From Antedon mediterranea (Eukaryota; Animalia; Echinodermata), in the NCBI RefSeq assembly GCF_964355755.1, contig NC_092675.1, positions 1,855,812 to 1,919,811 on the forward strand: a DNA stretch of 64,000 bases, read 5' to 3'. Of the stretch, positions 1 to 13,400 are shown piece by piece. The notes beneath the pieces are model-generated. The model saw only the letters and a list, made by a program, of their open reading frames with translations, had not been told where the DNA came from and ran no database searches. A program made the position numbers and the translations under genes. Numbering within the stretch: the stretch's first letter is position 1; the number at the start of each line of letters is the position of its first letter.

Positions 1-222
1 TTATGACCCAGCAAAGTGTCCCATTAATAGTGGTGTCCCTTAAATAGGGCTTGGTCAAAGTGTTGATAGAGGTTTACTATATTATGCTACAAAACCACCC
101 CGGAATTCATGTTACAATTGGCATTGCCAGCTGTAGCCGCTATATCATAAGCTGTCTGTATTGACCAATCAGACTATTTATTTTCAACACCAAGTATCTC
201 ATTGAAGTGGATAATGCTTTAA

Positions 223-339
223 AGCTCTGTCTGCACTATCAAACTTGATGTGATGTGTCCATATACGGTCAAGATGATGTCATATTACTACCGTATTTGG
301 GCACATCACATTTTTTAGTTTGATAGTGTAGACAAAGCT
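223..339. mobile_element. MITE family A (TIR AGCTCTGTCTACACTATCAAACT), PIF/Harbinger-like
   Basis: Terminal inverted repeats with TWA flanks; internal cactaccatatttgggcacatcaca motif. Confidence 0.8.
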
Positions 340-1551
340 TTAGGATTTCCTGTAAGGCCAGCTCCGAGCTTTACATTTTTATTGTTTATTATAAAATATA
401 AAAGTTTGACCCCACTTATTTTTCAACAAAGGTGAAGCAGAATGATACCTTTTCTTTTAATAAACAAAATATAGGAGAATTGTTTAATTCTAAAGGTTGG
501 CTTGAGTCTGAATGTTGAATAAGGCCAGGGCCACAGACTATGTATAAGTAAACATGGAAAACACAAATATGTGTTTGTTAGTGTAATAATCAATTATTTT
601 CAGATAGCTTTACATTTCATTTTTTTTTTCTTTTTTCACATCTTCGATAACACTGACAGTTGAAAATTATATCATTCTTTTGGACCTATAACGACATTAT
701 ACTTTAGCATTGTTATATATTTTAAGACAATTTATTTGATTAAAAATATCTGTATGATACAGTCTAATGAGTGCTTTTGTAGTAACAATGTGTACCCTCT
801 TACCAGTAATAGTTTCGTTACACAATATTCAATACAAAATGATTATTGTATTACTGAGAACATTTTACATAGATCAGTGTATAATTGATAAAAGTTTCAG
901 TATCGGAAACAATATTTCGCGAACCATTTTTTGTTGCGACCCAAACATCGCAAGAAGAGGGCAATATTTGTTTCTATCGCAAAAACAATGTGGAGATTAT
1001 ACTTGGGTGGTACGGGCAAAGAAGAAATTCATTCCTACAAAAAAAGTTGCGTAACAAAGTATCAGCTGAAATGAAATAATAAAGGACTTAGATTAAGTAC
1101 ACGATATCATTTTCATTTTATTTTTATAAGTCTATAAAAGATTAAAATGAAATTTTACCATTAGTATTGGTATTATAGTACATGTAATTGTAAACATCAG
1201 GTTAATTTTTTGAAATTGATTTTTCTTGTAACAAAAGGAAAAAGTTTATTTAATCATTTTGATGAATAGACGATATTGCAATTTGAATTCGGTTATAATA
1301 TAATATGCCAAAAGTGTTGCATTTAATATGCACATAACTATAATAAATTACAGTATTATAACATCCACAAATATACTAGAATTAGAAATACATATTAAAA
1401 TATATAATATTTAGAGTGATTAATAGATGTTTGATTGTTATTACATAGTTGATTAAAGTTTTCATAATATAAATAAACGCGTATAAGCTATATTTATCAT
1501 TTGAAGTTCACTATCGTTAGGGTAAGGTTGTCAAGTTAATCAAGAAGCACA

Positions 1552-4525
1552 ATGTCATTCATCAGTGTTTTTGTAACGATTTCTGTTATCCAAATATTAG
1601 CATTTTGTAACGGTGCGTATTTACTTATTTCTTTCTTTGATAATTACTTTTTTTATACTTAATTTCGACAGTTTATAAATATAAAATTCTATACTGAACC
1701 ACAGATGACATTAGTTAAGAGGTATCTGAACGTACCTTGGCATAGCAACAATAGCAGTATAATACCCCTTTCACACCAAAAACAACACTCCGGAGACCTC
1801 CGGATTTTTGGCCTGAAAGAGATACAACAAGTATCAATATCTACAAGTTTGCAATGAAAGTGTACGACTATTCCACACCCCTTTCTCGATTCCTGTGCCA
1901 TATCACTTAATCTTCAGTGGCTAGATTAATCAATGTAACAATTAAAAGAGGATAATCGGCTGAAATATTTTGTTTTTGTAATTTAAAGGTAAATCTCCTC
2001 TCATAATGCAGATGTCCAGAGTGTATGATACACTCTTACAAGGTCGTCATCTACATCAGACACCAGCTAAAAGTTTGATAGAATGTCAACAAATGTGCTT
2101 GAATCATTATTCAAGTTGTAGATCTACCGCGTACGATAAAACCAAAGGAACATGTGATGTATTCACTTTGGAAGACGGATGGACAAATGAAACTGCAGTA
2201 CATTCATTCGCAAGTGATGTGTTCCTGTATGAACGTGTACTTGATACTGACTACTGCCAGATCGCTAAGAATTTTTATGGAAATATGAGTGGTGTCTATA
2301 TAGTCCAGTCATCAGGTGACCCGTTTCTTATTTACTGTGACTTAAACACAGACGGTAAAGCGTGGATAGTAAGTGTGCCAGGTTCTGTTTTCCCCAAAAA
2401 TTCGTTCTTTACCCTTCTGTTGTGTTTTCCAAACAATTATTTCTTTATGGCAATTGGGGGAAAAGCCTACCTACGTGACATTTTTAAAATTTGATGAATT
2501 CCCCACCTGGTCTAACTTGTTCGTCCGGCATGATTGCCATCCTCATCTTGCTCGGGAATTCATACTGTATGACTGGGGTTATGTTCTATTGCAAATAGTG
2601 TCGCTAGGTCTATTTTTAATGATAAATCAATACATTCAAACAATACATAAGCTACCTATATTATTTTAAACTACTTGTTATTTATATAGGTGTTTCAACG
2701 GCGGAGTTATGGGCATGAAGATTTTAATCAAAGCTGGGAAACATATTCTTCGGGTTTTGGTGATTTATCTGGTGAATTTTGGCTGGGAAACGAGATGATT
2801 TACAAATTGACGTCATCAGCTTCCTATGAATTACGCATTGATATGATCGATACCAGTAATGTTGCATACCATGCTGTTTATGCGTATTTTCGAATTGAAA
2901 GTGAATCTGAAAACTACAAAATTAAACTTGGAGAATTCATGAAAAAACAGTCTAATGTCGGTAAGTGACATTTGTTTAAAGACCTAAAGGGGAAAACCCC
3001 TAAATTATAATTATTGTGAGAGGCAAGTAGACATAATTATTATGTTTTATTAGGAAAAATGCATTACATCATTAGCTGATGATCAAATAGATCTTCATAT
3101 TTTGGAATAGACAGAAGAACACTCTGTCTAGCCGACAAGCCTAGCGTGTTCCGTGATAGGCACTCATAGACCATTTAACTTATGATAGAGGCACCCTAGT
3201 GTGATACACATCATATTATATTGCATTACAGAATCTGCCTTGATGATAGAAACACTGTCATTATGTCAGGAGACAGCCCTAAATCTAAAAAAATCGGGGT
3301 GTTGTCGATAAACTAAACAACAAAACCTGCACTGCTGGCTGCCGTGGGTCCGTGGAGGGCCTTACCCATCCTCAAAACCTGCACTGCTGGCTGCCGTGGG
3401 TCCGTGGAGGGCCTTACCCATCCTCAAAACCTGCACTGCTGGCTGCCGTAGAGGGCCTTACCCATCCTCAAAACCTGCACTGCTGGCTGCCGTAGAGGGC
3501 CTTACCCATCCTCAAAACCTGCACTGCTGGCTGCCGTAGAGGGCCTTACCCATCCTCAAAACCTGCACTGCTGGCTGCCGTAGAGGGCCTTACCCATCCT
3601 CAAAACCTGCACTGCTGGCTGCCGTAGAGGGCCTTACCCATCCTCAAAACCTGCACTGCTGGCTGCCGTGGGTCCGTGGAGGGCCTTACCCATCCTCATA
3701 ACCTGCACTGCTGGCTGCCGTGGGTCCGTGGAGGGCCTTACCCATCCTCATAACCTGCACTGCTGGCTGCCGTGGGTCCGTGGAGGGCCTTACCCATCCT
3801 CATAACCTGCACTGCTGGCTGCCGTGGGTCCGTGGAGGGCCTTACCCATCCTCATAACCTGCACTGCTGGCTGCCGTGGGTCCGTGGAGGGCCTTACCCA
3901 TCCTCATAACCTGCACTGCTGGCTGCCGTGGGTCCGTGGAGGGCCTTACCCATCCTCAAAACCTGCACTGCTGGCTGCCGTGGGTCCGTGGAGGGCCTTA
4001 CCCATCCTCATAACCTGCACTGCTGGCTGCCGTGGGTCCGTGGAGGGCCTTACCCATCCTCATAACCTGCACTGCTGGCTGCCGTGGGTCCGTAGAGGGC
4101 CTTACCCATCCTCATAACCTGCACTGCTGGCTGCCGTAGAGGGCCTTACCCATCCTCATAACCTGCACTGCTGGCTGCCGTAGAGGGCCTTACCCATCCT
4201 CATTTTCCAGTTAAGCTTGAGGACCAGAATAATACGTTTAACATTTAAATGTAACGTTATTTTATTTTTCTTTATAAAAGCAAATGATGGATTTTGTTTC
4301 TACCACAATGACATGCCATTTTCAACAATTGACCGTGATAATGATGAGCGATCATGGCAAAACTGTGCTGAGTATTTTGGTGGTGGATGGTGGTTTTCGG
4401 AATGTTACCGTACCCTCCTCAATGGTTATTATGAACATTTTGATTGGGACTATTACCGTACTAGCCACAGAGTTTTACAATTCTCAGAAATGAAAATGAG
4501 AAAAATTACTACTGAAAATATTTAG
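1552..4525 (+). CDS. Secreted PAN/apple + fibrinogen C-terminal (FReD) protein, ficolin/tachylectin-like, ~318 aa
   Basis: Exons 1552-1612, 1989-2368, 2690-2960, 4281-4525 join in frame. Signal peptide MSFISVFVTISVIQILAFCNG; PAN-like Cys pattern (ECQQMCL..SSCRS..C); FReD motifs YCDLNTDGKAW, VFQRR, GFGDLSGEFWLGNE, FSTIDRDND, GGWWF. Confidence 0.88.
3322..4201. repeat. GC-rich intronic minisatellite, ~18 units of 52-bp and 44-bp variants
   Basis: Unit aaaacctgcactgctggctgccgt(gggtccgt)rgagggccttacccatcctc in intron 3 of the FReD gene. Confidence 0.95.
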
Positions 4526-4983
4526 ATCTCCTACAATAGAAACGACGTTTGTTATTAGAACCAATAATCTGTAGTATTAATACCTCTTTTTTTAATTATT
4601 GTGACTGTGTTGGTAATTGTAGGCCCTAATGCAAAACTTTCAATCTCTTTAAATAATGTTAGACAGACTTGGAAAGAATTTTACTTTCTGCAGATATTAA
4701 AACACCAGTTATATATATTTTAAGTTATTCTTCTTGGTATAAACTGTAGACACAGAAACAAACTATAAATTTATGACATTTTCAACTTTTAAAAATTGTC
4801 AACCCAAAATTATATTAAGTATTAAGAATATTTTATGTTTATTCTTTCCATTATATATATAAATCCAAAAGCAAATTACTGAAAAATGACAATGCTGTGG
4901 GTTATCAGTGGCTGGATCTCAATGGAGATACAAAAAAAAGCGAAAAGCTAAATCAAAACGAGAAGTAAAACAGCCAGAAAAGT

Positions 4984-5024
4984 TAGCAGAGCTTTCGGGC
5001 AACACTAGCCCTTCATCAGTGCAA
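4984..5024 (-). ncRNA. Minimal type-I hammerhead ribozyme (copy 1)
   Basis: Minus strand GCA-CTGATGA-A-GGGC-tagtgtt-GCCC-GAAA-GC-TC-TGC: complete core, stem II, palindromic stem III (AGCT), short stem I. Confidence 0.8.
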
Positions 5025-5106
5025 GTGAAGGAATTTGGATAACGTCAGAGTATAAGAACTGGCATGTGCTGCCTGGGTGGTGACGTTTTTTTAAATGACA
5101 TTATTT

Positions 5107-5107
<1 letters not shown>

Positions 5108-5194
<87 letters not shown>
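5108..5194. repeat. (TA)n microsatellite
   Basis: Long near-pure TA run between the two Penelope pseudo-LTR copies. Confidence 0.97.
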
Positions 5195-5198
<4 letters not shown>

Positions 5199-5321
5199 TC
5201 AAAGGCAAATTACTGAAAAAAAATGACAATACTGTGGGTATCAGTGGCTGGATCTCACAATGGAGATACAAAAAAAAAGCGAAAGGCTAAATAAAAACAT
5301 AAAGTAAACAGCCAAAAAAGT

Positions 5322-5362
5322 TAGCAGAGCTTTCGGGCAACACTAGCCCTTCATCAGTGCAA
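5322..5362 (-). ncRNA. Minimal type-I hammerhead ribozyme (copy 2)
   Basis: Identical core to copy 1, offset by 338 nt. Confidence 0.8.
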
Positions 5363-7455
5363 GTGAGGGAATTTGGATAAAGTCATAGCATATGAGTTGA
5401 CAAGTGCTGCCTGGGTGGACAGGAATAAAAGAAATATAACAATAGAAACAGCGTGTTGAATAGTGGGTGGAGACTGAATAAGAGTAGAAAACAAAGAAGG
5501 AGCTTGGTATAAGAGTAGAAAACAAAGAAGGAGCTTGGTAGAGATATAAACAATTTTGGAATGGAACTAAAAAAAGCTAAAATGGTGGTTAATATTGAAA
5601 CTTAAATTTTGGTAGTCAATGGAATAATTTTACCGATCTGGGAGTATGTTCCTAATGTTAAGTCCAAAAGGTTTTGTGGTTTTGAGTAGTAATTCCCAGT
5701 GGTTTTCTTTGTCTTTGAGAGTTTTGTCGCTCCATTTGACATCGTGGTCTATTGCAATAACTCTGAAATTTGCAATCGAGTGACCAGCTGAATTAAAATG
5801 TTCGGCTACAGGTTGATCAAGCTTTAATGTTTTGATAGCTGATCTGTGTTGTGTCATTCTCATACGGAGAGTGTTTTTTGTTTCTCCGACGTACTGTTTG
5901 CCACAAATATTATAGTATATGAGATAAATGACGTTTTTGGTTAGACAATTAATTGATTGTCTTATCCGAAAAATGCGGCCAGTTTGGTTACTCTGAAATT
6001 TTTCAGTAGAATCAACCTATGAACAAGTTTTGCAAGATTTGCCGCAAAGGTGACTGCCCAAATTTTGGCTGTCATGAGAGTTAATTTCACTCTTAAATTT
6101 GGATCTGACTAATATATTCCCTACTGTATATGTATTGTAGATAGTTACCTTAGGCCTATTGTAAATGTGTGTGTACTAATGTAAATAACTTTTTTTCATT
6201 TTCATAACCATAATATTTAAAATTAATAACATGCTTACTTTATTCTTAGAAAAGGACACATTTTTTAAATTGTTAAAAATATTTTACATTTGACCCTTCA
6301 CGTACGGTATATCTTATTCATTACTCGTTTTCTTTCTTTTGTAAAAATCAAACTGTTCCATTAGATAATATCAATAATTAGTTAGGGAGGTGTGTAATTT
6401 GGAACCTGATTTGAGATTTGAAAAATAAGATGACAAATACTCCATCCAATGACTCAGACGACAGGACAAACGAACTTATATTTAAATATCTTCTTGTACT
6501 GATAACACGTCTATGTAGATTCTTGTCATTTGGTTATTTGGACAATTGTGGGTCATAATATAAAAATAAATTTGATGTAGCACACTCGAAAAATTTGTGT
6601 AAATTATTACATTGCGCACTGAGCAGTGATCGCGGTAAGCAGCAATGTCTTTCATCAATGTTCTGGTTGGAGCGATGTATTCCAAATATTGTAATTTAAA
6701 CCGGTTTTATTTTCGATCAAACTTCGATCGTCCTCAGGAGTGTGTGAACGATCAAAGATATTAATCGAAACGTTGGGAAACTCAATAGTCGTGTGCTTTA
6801 ACTGTATTCAGACTTCCAAGTAAAATTATAATACGGATTACAATATTATTAGATAATTAAAGTAACATTCCCGTTCATCTTCTAATATATTGACCAGAAC
6901 AATACTGGTAGCCAAGTCTGTCTGTGATGTTCTTTAGCATTATCAAGAAAAGTCACATTGTTCAACAATGCTCTTTAATTTTCTTCAAAGTTTGTAGTAG
7001 GCCTACTCATGGTGGTATGGACCTAGATTTAATGTTATGGTGGTATGCGGTTACAGTAGAACCCCTCCTTTGAGACACTCCTAATAAGTAACACTATCTA
7101 GTGAAACAAGAGGAAAATATACAACCAACCCCTACACAGGGGACACCCCTACAGAGGGGAAGGGGCGAGCGGACAACAGGGACACTTAAAAAAGACATTG
7201 ATACACTGTATACATCCGCTCGTATGAGGGCGGGTATACTTTTCCCCCTTACTATGTTATTTATATTGGTTACGCTTCCCTGCACAGCATTCTTTGATCG
7301 ATCGAAGATGTCTTCCGTATCGTAAAAAGGGCGAAAGTGTGTTGAAAGAATAGGCCTAGAATATCTTTAACCTACTTTAAATGTACAACAAAATGTTACT
7401 ACGAAGTAGGATAAACAGGATAAGTATATTTTGGTGGTAGGCCAGCAGAACAATT

Positions 7456-10400
7456 ATGGTTACCGACGAAACACCACCATCTGATAATGAACCTTCAAAT
7501 CGGGTAAGGAAAGTAGCCTACCTAGGCTAGCTAGGCCCAAGCAAGGCCTCTTACCAGGCTCGTAGTAGGATAGCGTAGGCCTGCCTAGCTAGGCTAAGCG
7601 CTAAAGCTCAGGCTAGCTAGAAATCAAGTTTTGTTTAAACATAGGCTATGCCTACTAGGCCTATATGCCTAGCCTAGTTCTACTTATTTAATATTAGTTA
7701 ATAAAATAATATATTATGATTATGAATTTATTATCCTTATAGTAGTACTTATGTAGAGTAAATTTAAGTTATGGAGGCCTATATTTTTTCTTTTTTTCAT
7801 TCTAAACGCGTCAATCATCAGCTTCTTCACCATAAAACACAAAACATCGCTTATAATTATGACAGTTTAAAAAAAACATAATTATTATTTTGACAGTTTT
7901 TTACATTAACAATGTATAAAACCATTAAATATCAAAATAACATTAAATGTAATTGTTAGCATGTACTTATTATAACAATATTTTTTATCAACAAATAACA
8001 TTGCTGTTTAGAGTCTATCTCTTTCACATTGCATCTAAGTAAGCATCTAAGGTGAAACTACTACATTTTACATCTTCTTGGACTTTGACTTTACTACATG
8101 ATTTCATTCATTGCATTGTTGTGTCAATGCGCCATGAGCATCCAATTTGTGATGGAAACCGAAGCCATACAAGATTTCCCTATTTTTAATTAATCTTCGC
8201 AGGATTTGGTTATTGGTGGAATGTTATCAATTGGCGGCAATCTTCTCATCAGTATTGCAATGAACATACAGGTAGTGTACTATAGTTTTTAAAACTGAAA
8301 ACAAACTGATGTATTTACCCCCCCAAAAACATGACCACAAAATGAAGATTTATGCAATTTATAGCCTTCTTGTATTATTAATTAAGTTAATCACCAAATT
8401 TTTCAGGGGGACAGTTTAATATAATTATCTTTAATATCTTTATTTACCATAAATTTACCATTGTTAAATTACTTAGAACAATGAATTGTTAATTGCAGAA
8501 TTTGATTTTTATATTTATTTTGTATGGTTGTTACTGCTGCGTCGGTCTTGTTTTTGGTACCATGAGATATGAAAAAAAAAGGTGTACTATAGCCTTGTAC
8601 TGTACTGCTTCATTGGAGCTGAACAATGGGTGATGTGTGTCAAAGAAAAGGTCCAAAGAAAGCAGAGACAATAATACAGTAGTACAAATATTCAATAACC
8701 CATTGTTGCTCTTTTTTTTACTGTATGTGGGTAACTAATTGTAAAACTTTCACAGTGAGACTCCATTACAAATATTTAGGTGATATCCTGATAGCAATAT
8801 TTCTTTTCATACATAAGTTAGGGAACCCTCATGAAACTTCACAAAATAAACATGAATATTCATTAGTCATTATCCATAAGGTTTGATGTAAGAATTGACC
8901 TAACTACAATTCGCTAATGCAAACGCTTTCCGTCGAGCCGTCTGTGTAGACGAGTGGATTAGACTATGGACTTTACATGTTGATGTATGGGGTTCAAATC
9001 CCATGAGCAACTTCTTTTACCTTATAGTGAAAGAATAGAATATTTAGAGGGTTAGGTTTAGTTATATTTAGGGAAGTAGTTCGGCTATCTTTCACATATG
9101 GAGTCTCCAACTTATGTACCCAAAATAAGAAATAAGCTAACTTCATCTTCCTAAATTCAAAACCTCATTTGAGTATAGTCGCACATACTCGACTTATTTT
9201 TTCATTATAATATTAAAATATCAAATTTTGATGGTATTTAAATTAAAACTACCAGTTAAATTTTATGAGTTTTTAGTTGATTTGCAATTCTATTATAATG
9301 ATAATAAGTCAGTTATTGTACTGAATACCAATTTGTTTATAAACAATATTGTTTATTTTTAGTACAATTTTATTATGATGGGAGGATAAATGTTTATACA
9401 TGGTGTACTTGACTAAAAATATAATTTAAATTGCTTAATCAAGGAAAATTTGTTTCCATTCATAAAATAACAATTTTGTTTATAAAACACAAGCCCCATC
9501 CACCTATAACACACATTTAATACTACCTTGATACACTTTTGCTGTGGATTACCCTTTAATATGATAATTATTTTTTGAAATACCACCTACTGTAAATAAA
9601 CTATTATGGATATAATATTTGTTTCTGTAGAAATATGCTTTGATGCAACTTAAAAAACGTGGAATTTGTGAGGATGACTACACAAAAAGTAGATTATGGT
9701 GGATTGGTATCATTCTTATGATAATAGGTGAAATTGGCAACTTTTTGGCCTATGGCTTTGCACCAGCAACCACTGTAGCCCCACTTGGCACAACCACTGT
9801 TATAGGTACGTACATTAAGGTCTATTTATACTATGAACATTGATAAATTGATCGATAATGTCTCAATATGTCTTAATATTTTCAGTCCAATCAAATAACG
9901 TCATTATGATATACATACTTAATTTACATACGTTACATCACTGTATATATACTTTTTATCTTAAAGCAAATGCGTACATAGCCTCCTTATATCTTGGTGA
10001 AAAGGTCAGGTGGCAAGATATCTTAGGTGAGTCTTTAAATTATAATTATTGATAATTTTATTCATTTTTCATAATGAATTGTTGAATCTTATTTCCTTTT
10101 TTGTCATTCTATATAATAAACCAAATTTGTGAAAAGTGAATCTTCACTGAGATTTCTGCTACCCACAGCATTTTTTAGAAATTTATATAAATATATAATA
10201 ATATAATCTTTTATTGTTTTTTTCATTTTATAGGAACACTTGTAATTATTGTTGGGGTATTCCTGATTCTGACTTTCAGTACAACGGTAAATTATAAGTT
10301 CTCTTATTTAAATTTTTTCATTAATACTCATTTAGTATAGCACCTATCTACTGTGGTTTAAGCCTAGCCTCAAATTATAATATATATTTTTGAGAATTTG

Positions 10401-13400
10401 TCTTTGAAGTTAAATCAAGTTACGTAAAGCTCTGTCTACACTATCAAACTAGTTTGACAAAAAAAGTGTGATGTACCAAAATATGGTAGATATTCCCAAA
10501 TATGGTAGTGATATGACATCATATGGCATTTACTGTATGGACACATCAAATTTTGTTGTCACATAAAGTTTGATAGTGTAGACAGAGCTTTACAGTATTA
10601 AAACCTGAACATTTCTTCTATAATAGTTGTCTTTTAAATTATTTTATTTTTAGCGAGATGATCGTTTGGATGCAGCTCAACTCAAACAACATTTAACGCA
10701 GTGGTCTTTTATATTTTATTTAGTAAGATCTATATTGGTCATTAGTTAAAATATATATAGCATATTTTGGTATACCATGGTTATATTAATATGGATGCAA
10801 TTAACGATATGATGTATAGTGTGTATTATGGTTGGTACTGAAAGATGGTATATACAATCATGTTGGGGAGAACTTGAAATTACTAACTAATTATTAACAC
10901 TACTTTGTTGTGGCTAACTGTTTTATGTCATCCTATAGAGTTCTGCGGTGTGACGTCACAACGATAGATGGCGCTGCGTGGTTGCTAGCCAACCAAAAAA
11001 TGCGCCACCTACCGTTGTGAAGTCAGCACTGCAGAATTCTATATAGTTTTCCTCTTTTCTGTTTCTTATCTCTTTTGTCTCTTAATTTGTATTCACATTC
11101 TGTTAATTTTTCAAACCTTTTCGTTCTTTTTCTTCCTTCTCACTCTCTTTACCCGCTATCTCTCTTTACCCGCTATCTCTCTCTACCAGCTATCTCTCTC
11201 TACCCCCTCTCCACTGATAATAGTTACTTATTTTTCTGGTCACATATTTTATCTTCACTACTAATATGATTTGCTGTGTGTTATAAACGGTGTTGGGAAT
11301 TAATAATCACTTTGATTAACATTTACAGGTACATAGTGAAACCTCCTTCACAGTGTAGCAAGCACTTTCATCTGTAATTAATTCACCATTCTATTGCTGG
11401 AGTATAGTATTATATTAATTGGTGCAGCTGTGTCATGCAGGGGATGATGTTGGTGGAGTAGGTGCATTTAAGGTGATGGTGGGTTTTAAAAAGTGACATT
11501 TGATTACAGTAGAGCCCCTATTCAAGTGACACTGTTAGGAACCATTGAAGTGTCCCTTTTATAGAAGTGTTCCCTGAATAGTGGTTACCTCATGTGTTTG
11601 GTAAAGTGTGCTAAGAGATTGGTTCTACTTAATTATTACAGTTATAGAATAGACATTTAATAAGTTTATTATGTATATTATATATAATACCAAATTTGGA
11701 GCTTAAAGAAAACAAATAACATAACATTTTCTTGTGTAAATGAAGTTAACTAGTACAATATTCTAACAAATCTCTTTGGTAAACTAATTTATTACTTATA
11801 CATTGAATGCTGTTTTATACACTTTGGTTCTGGTTTTTAAATTTCTATTCATAGTTTTTACATTAGAATTAATAATCACTGTTTGCACAGAATGAATTTT
11901 GAATAAAATGAAAATAATTTGGTATCAGGGAGTATGTGGCCATATTCACCAATCACACTTAAGTGGGATATACCCTTTAAATAAATAAATATTTCACTTA
12001 AATCAATATTTAGGGATTTTCCTTATTTGGTTGATATTCCGTAAAGCTCTGTCTACACTATCAAACTTTATGTGACAAAAAAATGTGATTTGCTCATATA
12101 TGGACATGATGATGTTATATCACTACTATATTTGGAAATATCACTACCATATTTGTGCACATCACACTTTGTTTAGTCAAATTAGTTTGATAGTGTAGAC
12201 AGAGCTTTAGGAATTCCCAAATTAGGAATTTGGGAATTGTAAAATTTTATAAAGGTAAGTGTTTTCCTTATAAATATTTAATACGTGTACTTTTAGGAGA
12301 TATATATATTTTATTTGTTTTGCATTTCATTTTAAATATAAAATTGTTAATACATTTTATATTTTAATTACAGGCTGTAGAAGCAGTTGTTTTTATTGTT
12401 TGTTTGTATCTAATAAAAGTACATTTATTTAAACATGCCACACTTTATCTTATACCTGCCGCAATACTTGGTGAGTTTACACGTAATTTTCACAATTTTT
12501 TAATTTATGAGCCAAAAATGATGCATATAAACTAAATGGTATATAAATAAAACTGTGCTATTTTTGTCTGTAAATGATATTTTAATAAATCAACAGTGGT
12601 GGAACTGTGGCTTAGTTGACATGCTTGCTTACCAATCCCAGGTCCTTTGTTCAAATCCTGTCTTAGTTAAATGATTTTTCGGACAGCCTATACAGCTACC
12701 TAAAGCCTAACATACTGCTGGCTGGTGTAAAAGAAACATAGTGCGTAAAACATGATTATTATTCTCGATTACAAATCTTTTGTGTCGTTTAAAATTCAGA
12801 ATGATTACTTTCCTATAGCCTGAATGCAGTATCTTAAACCAACATAGAAAGGTCAAAAGACTCTACTCATTGTACATGCCAAAATGATCTCGTATTTTTT
12901 CGAAAAATGTTTTCATCTGGTTTTATATTAATTATCTATATACAATTAATTATGATAAACCAGTCATTAAATACGTACTGCTGCTCTACGACGTGCAAAG
13001 CTACTCATAGCAATGATTAAAATCCAGTCATTATCAGGTGAAGAATTGTTTACAGGAATTTGAAAAAACACCGCTCACATGCTTATTTAATTACTGGTTT
13101 ATCGTAAAGAATTCATAGAGCATTGCCATTTTTATTTTTAGCTTCTTTAACTATTATTGGAGCGAAAGCAGTGGCTTCTATGTTGGAACTGTCTTGGTCG
13201 GGCAATATGCAACTACTATACCCTATATTTTATTTTATGGTGCTGTTAATGATAGTAACAGCAGTTTTACAAGTTAGGTAAGAATACATTTTTAGTTTGA
13301 ATTTGAAATTCAATATCAGTATCTCTGTAACATTTTAGTAGGCAGAAACAAGCTGAGGGTTATACTGTTAATACAATAGACCTTTTTTTCCTAATTGTAA

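Larger units (their letters stand above)
4853..6122 (-). mobile_element. 5'-truncated Penelope-like element (Neptune-type), GIY-YIG remnant with duplicated 3' pseudo-LTR
   Basis: Minus strand reads CGKSCKTCS*...CLTKNVIYLI..ICGKQYVGETKNTLRMRMTQHR..PVAEHF..KENHW..PFGLN (one premature stop). 4853-5090 repeats 5193-5420 across a (TA)n tract. Confidence 0.88.

Noticed and set aside
3322-4201. CRISPR-like array or 97-aa ORF 3824-4117
   Set aside because: Contiguous tandem units with no unique spacers, in a eukaryotic intron; the ORF is a repeat artefact.
8935-9015. tRNA-like sequence (also ~12596-12670 and ~28930-28995)
   Set aside because: Only degenerate A/B boxes without a proper cloverleaf; more likely decayed SINE heads than tRNA genes.
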